From a virus, in the IMG/VR virus record IMGVR_UViG_3300027566_000006, positions 34,340-98,339 of that record: DNA of 64,000 bases; one strand, 5' to 3'. A program made the translations under genes and the position numbers. The notes under the pieces are model-generated. The model was not told where the DNA came from, did no database searches, and saw only the letters and a list, made by a program, of their open reading frames with translations. This document shows, piece after piece, positions 50,389-60,938 of the stretch; the first letter of the stretch is position 1; each line of letters begins with the position of its first letter.

Positions 50389-51468
50389 ATGAAGATACCT
50401 ACTAATGTAATCGCCTTTGCTGGCGAAAAAATAAAGATATATGAGCAATTTAAGGATTATTTCAATCATTACCATAAAAAGGGTTCATGGGATGAAACTG
50501 TTTCTTTATCAGATAAAGAAAATAAAATTAATGTTGCTGTAAAAGATGAAATTGCAAGACTTTCTAATCTTCCTACGGTAGACGGAATAGCTCCTGAAGT
50601 ATTAGCTACACATCCCGCATATTCATGGGCTACCTTTGCGGTGATTGGTGCGATGGTAGATTCTATTCTCCCTGAAGCAATAATTGATTCTGTTGGTTTG
50701 TATACTAATACTCTTATAGGGGGTTATGGGGATTCATTTGCCATAGATATTAAACCTCGTGATCTATTTGTTGTTTCTAAATCGGGCAAAGGAAAGAGAA
50801 CCTCTGAAGTACATAAGCAGTTTGAAGGTCAGGTTACTATTGTTCCTGAATTCCATGATATTACTGTACAAGTCGCTCTTTATAAAGTTCTTGCAGGTCA
50901 AGAGAATCTTGCCGAATTTGCAATGAAAGCCGCTAAATCTTTAGAAGCACAGATGACTATTGATGCATTTAATTGTTTTAATACTGCTATGGAAGCCTTA
51001 GATAATGCTGGCGATGATCTTCTTAGAGTTGCTGGATATTCTCAGTCTACCCTCGTTGAACTTTGTCAGAAAGTAACTGCTTGGAATGGTGGAAATAAAG
51101 CGGTTGTTGTTGGCACACAGTTAGCTTTACAAAATGTACTTCCGAATGACGCTAATTATAGATATGACCTTACTAGCGATTTTGTTAAGATAGGATATGT
51201 TAAAACTGCCTTCAATTATGATTTGATGGCACTTCCCCAAGTAGCAGATTATAAGACCCCCTTCAAATTGGCATTAGATGATAATAACATTTATATTCTT
51301 TCTCCTTCTGCTCAGAAGCTTATTAATTTAGCTATTGAAGGAGCTACAATTTCTATTACAAATGGTCTCTATGATAATGCTAATCTAACTCAGAATACTA
51401 CTATGAAAAAGAGTTATGCCGTAGCTGTGGGTACTAGTGCGGTTGCGGGAATTATTACCCTAGCTTAA
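50389..51468 (+). CDS. major capsid protein
   Basis: 359 aa, strong RBS, position in head module, followed by a terminator. Confidence 0.78.
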   Translation: MKIPTNVIAFAGEKIKIYEQFKDYFNHYHKKGSWDETVSLSDKENKINVAVKDEIARLSNLPTVDGIAPEVLATHPAYSWATFAVIGAMVDSILPEAIIDSVGLYTNTLIGGYGDSFAIDIKPRDLFVVSKSGKGKRTSEVHKQFEGQVTIVPEFHDITVQVALYKVLAGQENLAEFAMKAAKSLEAQMTIDAFNCFNTAMEALDNAGDDLLRVAGYSQSTLVELCQKVTAWNGGNKAVVVGTQLALQNVLPNDANYRYDLTSDFVKIGYVKTAFNYDLMALPQVADYKTPFKLALDDNNIYILSPSAQKLINLAIEGATISITNGLYDNANLTQNTTMKKSYAVAVGTSAVAGIITLA

Positions 51469-51482
51469 TTATATAGTAATAA

Positions 51483-51509
51483 AATAAGAGGGGTTAATCC
51501 CCTCTTATT
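51483..51509 (+). terminator. intrinsic terminator
   Basis: AATAAGAGGGG-TTAAT-CCCCTCTTATT. Confidence 0.7.
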
Positions 51510-51544
51510 AAATTATTTATGAATAAAAGGAGTGAATTTTAAAT

Positions 51545-52252
51545 ATGGGAAGACCGAAAAAAATATCTAACTCAGAGATTAATGAGGATAAGATAAAAAA
51601 TATTCCCAATCCATCAATCAATTTAGAACAGGAAAATAAACAATTACGTTCAGAACTAGATGAACTTAAACAAATGGTTTTAAATTTAACTCAAAATCAA
51701 GTAAATCAGCAATCTATACAAAATATTGCTGAATCTCAATCATTTAATACAACAATTGATGAAGACGATTCTGATATTAGACCAAATAAATATATAAAAG
51801 TTATGTCTTTAAATTTTGGCAAACTTGTTTTATCTACGGAATCAAAAGGTCAAGGTAAAGTTTTTGTATTTAATAAATTTGGAGATGTAAAAAATATTGT
51901 TTATTCTGAATTAGCAAATTTAATTCATCATCAACAGTCATTTGCTGAACAGGGTAGATTTTATGTATTTGACAAACAGGTAATTAAAAATCATGGGTTA
52001 ATTGAATATTATAATAAATTTATGACTAAAGAAATGATTGATAATATTCTTAATCATAATAGAGAAGAGATTATTGCCTTATTTAATAATACCACTAAAA
52101 CTCAAAGGGATATTATTGTAAATCTTTTAATTAAAAAAATAGTAGATGGTATAGATGTGGATATAACAAAGGTAGATATTATTAGCAGATTGGCAGAAGT
52201 GAATATTTATGATATTGCTAGAGATAAAATAGAATCAAAGAAAATAGAATAG
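51545..52252 (+). CDS. virion assembly protein (YonA position)
   Basis: synteny. Confidence 0.5.
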   Translation: MGRPKKISNSEINEDKIKNIPNPSINLEQENKQLRSELDELKQMVLNLTQNQVNQQSIQNIAESQSFNTTIDEDDSDIRPNKYIKVMSLNFGKLVLSTESKGQGKVFVFNKFGDVKNIVYSELANLIHHQQSFAEQGRFYVFDKQVIKNHGLIEYYNKFMTKEMIDNILNHNREEIIALFNNTTKTQRDIIVNLLIKKIVDGIDVDITKVDIISRLAEVNIYDIARDKIESKKIE

Positions 52253-52266
52253 TGGGTGATTAACGT

Positions 52267-52728
52267 ATGACTACCACTAACACTACGTTTGACGAAATAT
52301 ATGATCTTGCATTAATTAGTTTTAAAGATTATAAACTTGACACTTTATATAATACTTCCCCATCTGATTTTACTAATGTTTTACAAGGATATTTATATAA
52401 AGCTATCCCAAAATTTACAAATTGTTTGCAAGATTTAGAAGATTTTGATTCTACAACTAAAGTGTTTAATAGTGTTTTAACTCTTACTGAAAAAGTGTTG
52501 CTTTCTGATTTCATGATAATTGAATGGATGACTCCACAAATTCTAGATATAACACAGATGGAATTACATTTGAATGATACGGATTTTAAAATTTTCAGTG
52601 AAGAAAGAAATTTAAAAGGTAAAATTGAAGTTCAAAATATTTTAATAGAACGAATTGATAAACAGTTAACAAGCTATGGATTAAAAAATGTTCCTTGGAC
52701 TGATTGGGGTAATGGGGTGTTTACATAA
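52267..52728 (+). CDS. head-tail connector
   Basis: synteny; T.FDEIY N-terminus. Confidence 0.5.
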   Translation: MTTTNTTFDEIYDLALISFKDYKLDTLYNTSPSDFTNVLQGYLYKAIPKFTNCLQDLEDFDSTTKVFNSVLTLTEKVLLSDFMIIEWMTPQILDITQMELHLNDTDFKIFSEERNLKGKIEVQNILIERIDKQLTSYGLKNVPWTDWGNGVFT

Positions 52729-53070
52729 ATGGAACATAAAGAATTATTAATTAAATACTATAAAGGTTTGATTAATTCCTGTTTCAAACTAATTCCACTC
52801 TATAATGGAGAGAAATATAAATCTAAAGAAATAATTTATAATTCTGAAGAAGCTTTTAAAAATTATCAGATTTATTTAAGTAATCTTCTCGTTGAATTAC
52901 ATGGAAATAGTCAATTTATTTGTTCTGATACTTCTATAAAATTAATTAGTATTTTAATTGGGATGATACAAGAAATACATCAAAATGAACATCAAAAAGT
53001 TAAAAGATTAACGATGGAGTGCATTAATCTTTGTAAAAAAATTATTAAAGAAATTGAATCAGAAGAGTGA
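52729..53070 (+). CDS. hypothetical morphogenesis-region protein
   Basis: synteny. Confidence 0.5.
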   Translation: MEHKELLIKYYKGLINSCFKLIPLYNGEKYKSKEIIYNSEEAFKNYQIYLSNLLVELHGNSQFICSDTSIKLISILIGMIQEIHQNEHQKVKRLTMECINLCKKIIKEIESEE

Positions 53071-53081
53071 GGTGAAGGATA

Positions 53082-54266
53082 TTGGTTTTATCATTTTATA
53101 ATTCTTTGAGAACTATATCCTCTACTCCTACGGAATATTGGAAAGATAGTATGGAAGCATTGGTTGATGCAAAATTTGATAATTCTCCAACAATAAAAAC
53201 AGTTACTCATAATGGCACTAGTATTGTGGTAAGAGTAGTTGGTAAATTCAATACTGAAACATTAAGTAGAAATAATGATAATTATCAAAAAATTATATTT
53301 AAAGATTCTGATTACACGGTTGATATTGGTGATTTATTTGTATTTGATAGTTTGACATGGCTTTGTACCGATGTTAGTTCAACTCCTGTTTCAAAATCAT
53401 GTTCAGTCCAACTTTGTAACAACACCCTCTCCTATTACTCAACCACAACTTCTACCTTATATTCTATCCCCTGCATCATCACAGATAAACTTTTACTTAA
53501 TCAAGATGAAAATAAATATATAACTACGGTTGACAATCAAGTCTATATGATTGTTTCTAATACCACAACTACAAGACAGATTAATCCAAGTGATATATTC
53601 AAAATAGGTATTTATAATTATGAAGTTGTGAGTACTCCTGATGATATAACTAAATCTGGATTATTGGTGTTTAAGTTGAAGTATAGTGAAGTTGAACAAG
53701 TGTTACCCGTATTCACCGTAGAAATTTTAAATGGTTCAACACTAACCACAGGGGTAGGAACTAATGTGCAATTAAATTGTGTTGTTAAAAATGGAACCAC
53801 TCCCCTTTCTCCTACTCCTTCATTAATTTACAGTTCAAGTAGTACAAGTGTATGTACTGTTTCAAGTACGGGTCTAGTTACACCAGTTATAAATGGGAGT
53901 GCAACTATTACTGTAAAACTTGCAAGTGATTTAACTATTTTAGATACGATTGCTGTGACTGTAAGTGTAACACAAAATAATTATACTTATACTCTTTCAT
54001 CTACAAGTACCCCTGATACTGAGATTAAGTTAAATCAGACAAAGACATATACTGCACAAAAATATAATAATGGCGTTGCTGTGGTTCAGACGTTTACATT
54101 TTCAGTTAGTGGGGATGCAACTGCTTATACATTGACAACTGTTGATGGTAATAATTGTACAATTAAGTGTTTAAAAAGTGGATATACTGTGGTTTTGAGT
54201 GCGACTGATATTAGTGACGTTACTAAGGTTACTACGAAAACGATTACATTGAAGAGTTTATTTTAA
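53082..54266 (+). CDS. head-closure protein with Ig-like domain
   Basis: YSSS..V.TVSSTGLVT...G.ATITV Big_2 motif. Confidence 0.6.
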   Translation: MVLSFYNSLRTISSTPTEYWKDSMEALVDAKFDNSPTIKTVTHNGTSIVVRVVGKFNTETLSRNNDNYQKIIFKDSDYTVDIGDLFVFDSLTWLCTDVSSTPVSKSCSVQLCNNTLSYYSTTTSTLYSIPCIITDKLLLNQDENKYITTVDNQVYMIVSNTTTTRQINPSDIFKIGIYNYEVVSTPDDITKSGLLVFKLKYSEVEQVLPVFTVEILNGSTLTTGVGTNVQLNCVVKNGTTPLSPTPSLIYSSSSTSVCTVSSTGLVTPVINGSATITVKLASDLTILDTIAVTVSVTQNNYTYTLSSTSTPDTEIKLNQTKTYTAQKYNNGVAVVQTFTFSVSGDATAYTLTTVDGNNCTIKCLKSGYTVVLSATDISDVTKVTTKTITLKSLF

Positions 54267-54284
54267 GGAGGTGATAGAGCAACT

Positions 54285-54794
54285 ATGTCAGAATTAATTC
54301 AACTAGATAATTTAGATAATATTCTAACCAATATTGCTATAAAAATAGTAGATAATCTTGATTTAATGAGATGCCTCAAGTTTAATACAACAAACGCTCT
54401 ATCACAATCCATAACTGAATCTGAGCGTTATGAATTAATAAATCAAGATGGTGATATTTCAAATACAAGAGTATTTTTTCAACCATTTAATAATTTAACA
54501 ATAACGGAAGCACGTAGTGAATTAAGAATATATCATGCTAGTTTTAAACCTGAAAGTATTTATTTAACTAATATTCATATAGGGTTTGATATTGTTGTAC
54601 ATAATGATTTGTGGCGATTAGATGATGGGAAACGTAGACCAACTACTATTATAAAATTATTATTAGAATCTTTAAACGGTCAAGATGTAGGAGGGATAGG
54701 ACTTTTAACTTTTGTAGATAGACCAATTTCATTAAGATATTTTAATGATTCTTTTACAGGGTATACGTTATATTTAAAAACGAGGTCAACATAA
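54285..54794 (+). CDS. tail terminator/completion-like protein
   Basis: synteny. Confidence 0.45.
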   Translation: MSELIQLDNLDNILTNIAIKIVDNLDLMRCLKFNTTNALSQSITESERYELINQDGDISNTRVFFQPFNNLTITEARSELRIYHASFKPESIYLTNIHIGFDIVVHNDLWRLDDGKRRPTTIIKLLLESLNGQDVGGIGLLTFVDRPISLRYFNDSFTGYTLYLKTRST

Positions 54795-55708
54795 TGGATA
54801 ACCGTGATATTTATGATAATTATTATATCTATGATGATCCCGTTCCTTATATTTCAGAGATTTCAATGAAGTGTAGAAAAGTAATGGAAGAAGAAATAAA
54901 TAAAATACAATCAAACTCTGAAATAACTGATGATATTAAATTAGAATTATTAACAATATTAAAAGATGATTACGAAAAACAAGTATTATTTATAAAACCA
55001 GTAAAAATGAAAGATTATATGCGTTTTTATACTTCTGTTAATTGTATTTCTTTAGATAAAAATAAAACCCCTGATCCTAAAATTATTAGTATGAGTTATT
55101 TAGATTTTCTTTTTTATTTAATAGATAATAATCCTAATGGTGTATATTATAGCGTTATGCTATGTGATTTATTAAATTTATGCTGTGGAGTTGCAAATGA
55201 AAATATTAAATATATAAGAGATGAAAACAATAAAGTCAATCTAATTTTAGAAGTAAAACAAGAAGACGGAAGTTTTATAACTCAAACATTAAATAAAAAA
55301 GATTTTGATAATATTAAAAATATAATATTAAGACAGAATATGCCAAACTATGACGATACTTATATTGATCCAAAAGTTGAACAAGCTTTAAAAGAAGCAG
55401 ATGATTTTATTAATAGGCATAAGAAAAAGATGTGTTCTTTAGAAGATCAATTAATATGTGTTTTAATTAGTACTTCTTTAAATATGGATGAGATTCAAAA
55501 TCTTACAATTAGAAAATTTACAAAAATACTCCAAAGAGTAGATTATAAACTACATTATGAAATTTATAAAACCGCTTCTATGAGTGGTTTTGTTTCATTT
55601 AAGGAAGAAATTGACCATTGGATGACTGATATTTCCAATGAAAAATATTCAAACGCCATTGTTGAATATGGTCAATTTAAAAATAAATTAGAAAATGTTA
55701 CTAAATAA
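54794..55708 (+). CDS. tail-region protein (YomV-like)
   Basis: synteny; LTIRKF...HW motif. Confidence 0.5.
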   Translation: MDNRDIYDNYYIYDDPVPYISEISMKCRKVMEEEINKIQSNSEITDDIKLELLTILKDDYEKQVLFIKPVKMKDYMRFYTSVNCISLDKNKTPDPKIISMSYLDFLFYLIDNNPNGVYYSVMLCDLLNLCCGVANENIKYIRDENNKVNLILEVKQEDGSFITQTLNKKDFDNIKNIILRQNMPNYDDTYIDPKVEQALKEADDFINRHKKKMCSLEDQLICVLISTSLNMDEIQNLTIRKFTKILQRVDYKLHYEIYKTASMSGFVSFKEEIDHWMTDISNEKYSNAIVEYGQFKNKLENVTK

Positions 55709-55723
55709 AAAGGAGGAGTTTTA

Positions 55724-56743
55724 GTGAAAAAATTTTTATGTGGTGTAGCAAAAGCTTATGCCTATGATACTAATGATAATCTTATATTTTCTTCAAAAAC
55801 AATGCTAACAGATTCAATTGATATTACTACAGATAAACAGGAAATAAGAGCAGGCCAAGGGAATCAATTGCAAACTGTATATTTCCATACTTCAGCAATG
55901 AATATTGCTTTAGAAGAACAGCAATTTAATCTCTCTATGATTGCTAAAGCACTAGGTAGTTCTGTTGTTACTGGTGCAAATATATGGAAAGAAGAAACGG
56001 TTACTCTTACTGGTGGGGCAGGTTCAGTATTAGGAACCCCTATTGCTACTTCAAGTGGAACTATTTATGGTTGGGCTGAATTATCAGATGGATCAACTGA
56101 AAGATTTACTTTCTCAACTAAGGCTTTTACTCTTGTTGGGCAATCAACTGGTGATGTAATTGTAAGGTATTATGAGGCAGATGCAAATGCTAGATCAGTA
56201 AATGTTAGTGCAAATATTATACCTTCAGTTATGAGAATTGTTTTGGATGCACAATTATTCTCAGGAGAAAGTACAACAACATCTACTTTAATTGGTAACG
56301 TTTTAGTAGAAATACCTAAAGCACAATTAGATGGAAGTGTATCTTTAGAACTTAGTTCTACTGGTGTATCAAAAACTCCATTAAAAGCTATGGCTTTATC
56401 TTCTGTTGTTTCTGGTGCTAGTATTTATGCAACAATTACTGAATCTATTGATTCTTCAAATTGGTATGATTCTGTAACTATGCTTGCTATACAAGATGAT
56501 ACTGTTGCGCTTACTCATCCTGATACAGAAACCTTAGTTGTTTGGGCAATTCCTTCAAATGGTGATGCTCCATTTATTGCTCCTGTAGCGGATCTTTCAT
56601 TTACTAGTGGGACTGTTGGAACTTGTACTGTGGGATTGCATACAGGTTTAATAACAACTGTAGCGGCAGGAACTTCAGTGATAACATGCGTAATTACAAG
56701 TAAAAATACGGTTGGAACTACTGCCAATGTTACTGTAAGCTAG
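55724..56743 (+). CDS. major tail tube protein with C-terminal Ig domain
   Basis: EIRAGQGN motif; C-terminal GLITTVAAGTSVIT. Confidence 0.7.
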   Translation: MKKFLCGVAKAYAYDTNDNLIFSSKTMLTDSIDITTDKQEIRAGQGNQLQTVYFHTSAMNIALEEQQFNLSMIAKALGSSVVTGANIWKEETVTLTGGAGSVLGTPIATSSGTIYGWAELSDGSTERFTFSTKAFTLVGQSTGDVIVRYYEADANARSVNVSANIIPSVMRIVLDAQLFSGESTTTSTLIGNVLVEIPKAQLDGSVSLELSSTGVSKTPLKAMALSSVVSGASIYATITESIDSSNWYDSVTMLAIQDDTVALTHPDTETLVVWAIPSNGDAPFIAPVADLSFTSGTVGTCTVGLHTGLITTVAAGTSVITCVITSKNTVGTTANVTVS

Positions 56744-56863
56744 TTAGTTAAATTAGCAATATAAATATCAGAGAGATTTTATGTTTCTAAATATATTATC
56801 TCTCTTTTATTTTAACAAATTATATTATCAAACCCCAATTTCATCATGTTTTGTGATGGCTGT

Positions 56864-56892
56864 AACCCCCATTTATAGGGGTTTTTATTTTT
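56864..56892 (+). terminator. intrinsic terminator
   Basis: AACCCC...GGGGTT followed by a T-run. Confidence 0.6.
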
Positions 56893-56954
56893 GTGGACTT
56901 TTAGATTTTGTTTAAGAATTTATTAGGATTTTATAGAACGAAAGGAAACACCCA

Positions 56955-57452
56955 ATGGCAAAAAATGAAGGTAAAAAATTTGAAGATGACTTTAAACAGT
57001 CTTGTGACAAGGTAGATAATTTATTTGTGTATAGATTCAGGGATGGCACTAGCTCTTGGGGGCAAGGAGAAGATAATAAAACAAGATTCCAAGCAACAAA
57101 TATATGTGATATGGAAATATTTTATCAAGGTAAATTAGTATTATTAGAATTAAAAAGTGTATTAAAAAGTTCATTGCCCTTTGGTAATATAAAAAATTCA
57201 CAGTTAGAAGGACTCACTAAAGCATTTAATAAAAATGCGAACCATATGTTTATCGGGTTTCTAATAAATTTTAGAGATCATGAAGAAACATATTTTATGT
57301 CAATTGAGCAATTCAATCAGTACATAATTGAAGCAGATCGAAAGTCTATACCTATTGATTATTGCAGGGATAATTGTATTCTTGTAGAACAGAAGAAAAA
57401 GAAAGTTAGGTATGGTTATGATATAGAAAAATTTATGGATAGTTTAAATTAA
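56955..57452 (+). CDS. recU: RecU-like Holliday junction resolvase
   Basis: GKKFE, CD...ELKS...LPF..IK..Q. Confidence 0.78.
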   Translation: MAKNEGKKFEDDFKQSCDKVDNLFVYRFRDGTSSWGQGEDNKTRFQATNICDMEIFYQGKLVLLELKSVLKSSLPFGNIKNSQLEGLTKAFNKNANHMFIGFLINFRDHEETYFMSIEQFNQYIIEADRKSIPIDYCRDNCILVEQKKKKVRYGYDIEKFMDSLN

Positions 57453-57459
57453 TAGCAAC

Positions 57460-57533
57460 AAAACGATAATATAAAAATATGATTGACTCCCCTACTCAAA
57501 TAACCTATAATTAAAACGATAATATAAAAATAT
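57460..57533 (+). promoter_or_regulatory. sigmaA promoter flanked by 21-bp direct repeats
   Basis: AAAACGATAATATAAAAATAT at 57460 and 57513; TTGACT-17-TATAAT at 57483-57511. Confidence 0.75.
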
Positions 57534-57557
57534 AAATATAACGGAGGAATTATACAT

Positions 57558-58067
57558 ATGGCAAAGAGAACAAATAAATTGGATTTATCGGTAATTAAAA
57601 ATGCTTCATCTAAACAATTTACTACAAAGACGGTTTGTATTCCAGTAGACGGTAAGGATTATTTTGTTGAAATCGATACTGTTTTCAAAACTACAAAGAT
57701 TGAAAAGATGATTATGGATTTTCTCAAATCTGAGAATGTTAAGAAACTTGAGGAATTGGATGAATGTTCTAAGATTAGTTACTTCATGTTGATGATAATT
57801 TGCAATTTTACTTCTTTAGAAATTCCAAAGGATTTAGAATTTGCAGAACAACTAAATTTAATTTCTAATTTAATTGATTTGGGAATATTCGAGAAATTGA
57901 TTGAACAAATTTCTGATGATGAAATTAAGAAAGTAAATGAATTTATGCAGAAGTTTAATATGAATTTAAATAAAGCATTAGAAGAATTAAATGAGAGTAA
58001 AGAAGATAATATAAATGTTGAAGATTTTGCTGTTGATAATGAAGTAGTTGATTCAAGTGGCAAATAA
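57558..58067 (+). CDS. tail assembly chaperone-like protein
   Basis: synteny. Confidence 0.45.
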   Translation: MAKRTNKLDLSVIKNASSKQFTTKTVCIPVDGKDYFVEIDTVFKTTKIEKMIMDFLKSENVKKLEELDECSKISYFMLMIICNFTSLEIPKDLEFAEQLNLISNLIDLGIFEKLIEQISDDEIKKVNEFMQKFNMNLNKALEELNESKEDNINVEDFAVDNEVVDSSGK

Positions 58068-58506
58068 CACAGCATCTACCCTAGCAGAACTTGAAAAACT
58101 AATTTTGGCAAAAGTGGCTTCTGCACAAAATGTAGAAGTTGCCCAAACCGTTAAAATCGAAACTCAAAAAGCAGTTGATGAGAAAATTTACAAAAGTGGA
58201 AATCCTGTTTGGTACGATAGGCGTGACCTAACAAATGGATCATTGGGAGATACTAATGAGATGAATCATGATGTAAATATAAGTGGTTCAGAAATTTCAT
58301 TAAAGGTTTGGGATGAGGCCAAAAGTAAATTACCGTGGGACTTAGATTTAACTTCTGCAATGGTATACGGGTATGGGTCAAAAGACCAATGGTGGAATGA
58401 GCCACGGGACTTTCTGGAAACGGCAAGAGAGAATATGGAAAATAGCAAATCTCATGTTGATGCTATGAAGGCCGGATTAATTCGACAAGGATTAATAGTG
58501 GTTTAA
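58048..58506 (+). CDS. tail completion (YomN/HK97 gp10-like) protein
   Basis: YDRR..G.L.D and PRDF motifs. Confidence 0.5.
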   Translation: MIQVANNTASTLAELEKLILAKVASAQNVEVAQTVKIETQKAVDEKIYKSGNPVWYDRRDLTNGSLGDTNEMNHDVNISGSEISLKVWDEAKSKLPWDLDLTSAMVYGYGSKDQWWNEPRDFLETARENMENSKSHVDAMKAGLIRQGLIVV

Positions 58507-58741
58507 ACATTAATTTAATAATTGATGATTTAGAGTAGTGGATTTTTATTAATTTATTAATCCCCTGCTCTATTTATATTTACAGAGAAAATTTGTGGTC
58601 AGTGAGAATACCCACTCCTTTTATAATTATTTGACGAGATGAGATGAGATGAATATAGAAAATAGAGCCGCCTAGAAATAGGTTGAAGGCTCTATTTTGC
58701 TATGTCGCAAATTATAATTATGGAAGGATGATATTATTTTT

Positions 58742-59500
58742 ATGAAAAATGAATTACAGGTATTTACTAATGAGCAATTTGGAGAAGTAAGAACTATTGA
58801 AATTAAAGGAGAACCTTGGTTTGTTGCAAAAGATATTGCAAGTATCCTTGACTTCAAAGATGCATGGAGTATGACAAAGGGTTTAGATGAAGATGAAAAG
58901 GATACTACTAATTGTAGTACCCTTGGTGGGAATCAAGAAATGACGGTGATTAATGAATCTGGTCTATATTCTGCAATTATAAGAAGTAGAAAACCAGAAG
59001 CTAAACAATTCAAAAAATGGGTTACATCTGAATTATTACCTTCTGTTCGTAAACATGGTGCATATATGACAGAAGAAGTCATTGAGAAAACATTGTCTGA
59101 TCCTGATTTTATTATTCAATTAGCAACTCAACTTAAAGAAGAGAGAGCAAAGAGGATTGAAATAGAAAAGAAAGTTGAAGAACAAAAACCTTTAGTAGTG
59201 TTTGCTGAAACAGCATTAAAATCAAAAGATAATATTCTTATGCGTGAATTAGCAAAAGTAGTTAATGATGAAGGTATAAATATTGGACAGAATAGATTAT
59301 TTAATAAGTTGAGAGAATGGAAAATGATTATGCAAAAACCTTCAACTGAACCATATCAAACAGCAATGAATTCAGGTATTTTTGTGGTCGAAGAAAGAAG
59401 TGTTGATACTCCTTATGGGACAAAACTCACAAGAACAACTAAAGTTACTCCAAAAGGGCAAATATACATAGTTGAAAAACTAAAGAAGGAATTAGCATAA
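58742..59500 (+). CDS. BRO-N + KilA-C antirepressor
   Basis: FGEVRTI...PWFVAKD, INESGLY, KVTPKGQ. Confidence 0.88.
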   Translation: MKNELQVFTNEQFGEVRTIEIKGEPWFVAKDIASILDFKDAWSMTKGLDEDEKDTTNCSTLGGNQEMTVINESGLYSAIIRSRKPEAKQFKKWVTSELLPSVRKHGAYMTEEVIEKTLSDPDFIIQLATQLKEERAKRIEIEKKVEEQKPLVVFAETALKSKDNILMRELAKVVNDEGINIGQNRLFNKLREWKMIMQKPSTEPYQTAMNSGIFVVEERSVDTPYGTKLTRTTKVTPKGQIYIVEKLKKELA

Positions 59501-59595
59501 TTTTTATAATTATAATATAAATAAAATCAACATAACCAATGCCTATTGCTTTAGTAGGCATTTATTTGTGTTGAGATTAAACGAATATAAAGGAG

Positions 59596-60642
59596 TTGTT
59601 TACCATAGCTAAAATAATTAAAATAAAATACTTTACTAAAGAACGTAAAGCTAAAATAAATCCTGAAAATCAATCAAAATATAATAAATATCTCAAATCC
59701 AATATAATCAAAAATAAAGACGTAGAAGAAACTACTTTCGCTACATATTCTGCAAATTTCATGCAATTCTTAGTTTATCTATCTGAAGAATGGGATAATA
59801 TCGATTTATATTCACAAGATATTTTTGATAATGCCGTAGATATTATGGAAGGTTTTATTTCATTCTGTGTTGAGACTCTCAAAAATAATAAGAAAACAGT
59901 TAATAATAAATTAGCGGCAGTTTCAACTTTTTATCTTTGGTCAATGAAACGTGGATTAATTGATAGGCATCCTTTTGATAAGAAATTAGAGAGAATGAAA
60001 TATGCGAATGATGAACATATTATAAATTCATATTTTCTAACTGATGATCAGATTGAACAAATACGTGCGGGATTAAAAGATGAAAAGAAATTTGATATTA
60101 TTGATAGGTTACTATTTGAAATAATGTTGGATAGTGCAAATAGGATAGGGGCAATAGAAAGACTTAAAATTAGTGATTTGGATATGGATAATTGTGTATT
60201 CACTAATATAAGGGAAAAACGAGGATATAAAGTTGAAGTCAGTATTAGTGATGAAACTTTATTACTTATTCAAGAATGGTTTGAATTAAGAAAAGAATTA
60301 GATAATCTTGAAGTAGATGCTATCTTTTTAAGTTTTTATGGGAAACAATACAATAAAATGAGTAAAGGATCTTTACAAAGAAGAATTACAAAGATAGGCA
60401 CTATTATTGGGTTAGAAGATTTCCACAGTCATTGCGTAAGAAAAACATCTTTGAATGGAATTTATGAGAAAACTGGGGATCTTAGTTTAGCGGCTGAGAT
60501 GGGAAATCACAAGAGTACGGAAACAACTAGAGCTTCCTATATAAAGCCAAAAAGTAAGGCAGAAGTTAGAGATAAGATCAAAGAAATGATTAATAAGAAA
60601 ATGAATAGTAAGACTGAAATTAAGGAAGAAGAAAAGTTGTAG
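59596..60642 (+). CDS. tyrosine recombinase (YomM-like)
   Basis: SANRIGA, EKRG, HCVRK, GNH...Y. Confidence 0.75.
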   Translation: MFTIAKIIKIKYFTKERKAKINPENQSKYNKYLKSNIIKNKDVEETTFATYSANFMQFLVYLSEEWDNIDLYSQDIFDNAVDIMEGFISFCVETLKNNKKTVNNKLAAVSTFYLWSMKRGLIDRHPFDKKLERMKYANDEHIINSYFLTDDQIEQIRAGLKDEKKFDIIDRLLFEIMLDSANRIGAIERLKISDLDMDNCVFTNIREKRGYKVEVSISDETLLLIQEWFELRKELDNLEVDAIFLSFYGKQYNKMSKGSLQRRITKIGTIIGLEDFHSHCVRKTSLNGIYEKTGDLSLAAEMGNHKSTETTRASYIKPKSKAEVRDKIKEMINKKMNSKTEIKEEEKL

Positions 60643-60845
60643 TCAATATCCCAATTGGTAATGATTTTTGGATTTACAAATCCCAATTTATAGGCATTTA
60701 ACTAGCGTGAAAATATACTTGTTGTGTGACAATTAAACTCTCCAAATCTTCAATTCTCCAATCACCCCAAAAACAAATTAGGATAGTTCGTGCCTATCCT
60801 AAAAATAGAATAGAGAGTAGCTGGTCACTACTCCCTATTACGTGC

Positions 60846-60938
60846 TTACCTTATGTATATGAGAATTACACCATAAATACTTGCGATTGCTCCCAAAATA
60901 TAAAGGGTGGTCAACCCACAGTTATAAAGTTGTTTCAT
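60846..60938 (-). CDS. putative type I toxin (30-aa membrane peptide)
   Basis: MKQLYNCGLTTLYILGAIASIYGVILIYIR with GAGGTG RBS, inside a fold-back RNA. Confidence 0.65.
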   Translation of the reverse strand: MKQLYNCGLTTLYILGAIASIYGVILIYIR

